The notes under the pieces are model-generated. The model had not been told where the DNA came from. It searched no databases and saw only the letters and a list, made by a program, of their open reading frames with translations. From contig NMRA01000335.1 in NCBI GenBank assembly GCA_002633005.1, positions 310,001 to 374,000 of the forward strand: 64,000 nt of DNA, written 5' to 3'. Below are positions 63,529-64,000 of the stretch, one piece after another (within the stretch, counting starts at the first letter, position 1; each line of letters opens with the position of its first letter). Both the position numbers and the translations under genes were made by a program. This DNA is from Phoronis australis (Eukaryota; Animalia; Phoronida).

Positions 63529-63860
63529 GTGTCGCCAAGCATGACTTAATTCCTGTGGAGGAACAGGACTACATAGTTGCCTACTCCACAATGCCTGGGG
63601 CACCTTCTTACAGAACCACTGAAGGAACTCACTTCATGCACAAGCTGATGAGTAACTTGGACAAATATGCACATCTGCGCCCTCTACCAGACATACTGCA
63701 AAACACCATCAAACACATCACAATACAGACCCCCCTGGTGTTTACATCACTCCAGAAGAAGTTCATGCTGCGGGCCAATATGGCGGGAGAACACCACGGT
63801 GCGCGGATCCCAAGGTTCAACAAAGACAATATTCTAGTGACTGTTCCTGTGCAACCTTCG
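63529..63860 (+). CDS. Caspase p10 exon, complete copy; gene continues beyond the window
   Basis: CCACCAG acceptor (phase 1). DYIVAYST/SYR/GTHF/QTP p10 motifs. No stop before the TCG/GTAAGT donor at 63860/63861. Confidence 0.88.
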
Positions 63861-64000
63861 GTAAGTGAATTACATCTACCCCGCCTATTGGTCTCCTTGA
63901 TGGTAGGTTTGCAATGTCTACCTTGAAATAAATTTACTACATCAGTTTTGGTACCTCTGAGATTTCTGAATTATTAGTTTTGTCCAAAATTGGCTAACTC

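Larger units (their letters stand above)
59948..63800 (+). repeat. Tandem duplicate of ~1.85-2.0 kb (59948-61797 vs 61799-~63800), probably two haplotypes
   Basis: Near-identical intron plus p10 exon in both copies. Each copy begins at an N. Confidence 0.85.

Overview
Eukaryotic (animal, probably marine invertebrate) genomic DNA with spliceosomal GT-AG introns and four single-N assembly joins (25161, 29642, 59947, 61798). Main content, all read by hand: (1) a 24-exon villin/advillin-type gene on + (8137-46756; six gelsolin repeats plus headpiece, about 820 aa; exon 4 cut by a gap). (2) An intronless ankyrin-repeat ORF (51904-53613). (3) About 2.7 kb downstream on the same strand, a multi-exon caspase gene that runs off the window end. 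It has an atypical VACQS active site, a very short linker and L4 loop, and a C-terminal extension. A strong phase-1 donor right after the last ankyrin repeat is in frame with the caspase exons, so ANK and caspase may be one ANK-caspase gene; this is the most interesting candidate, and an independent caspase start at 56378 is the main alternative. (4) A chain of phase-compatible minus-strand exons and microexons interleaved with villin exons 2-5, suggesting a hidden antisense gene that is probably partly decayed. (5) Many non-autonomous transposons, a LINE relic, a Penelope GIY-YIG fragment inside a caspase intron, and minisatellites. The 1.97 kb poly-C run and the duplicated caspase p10 exon are probably assembly artefacts. 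No database searches were run.
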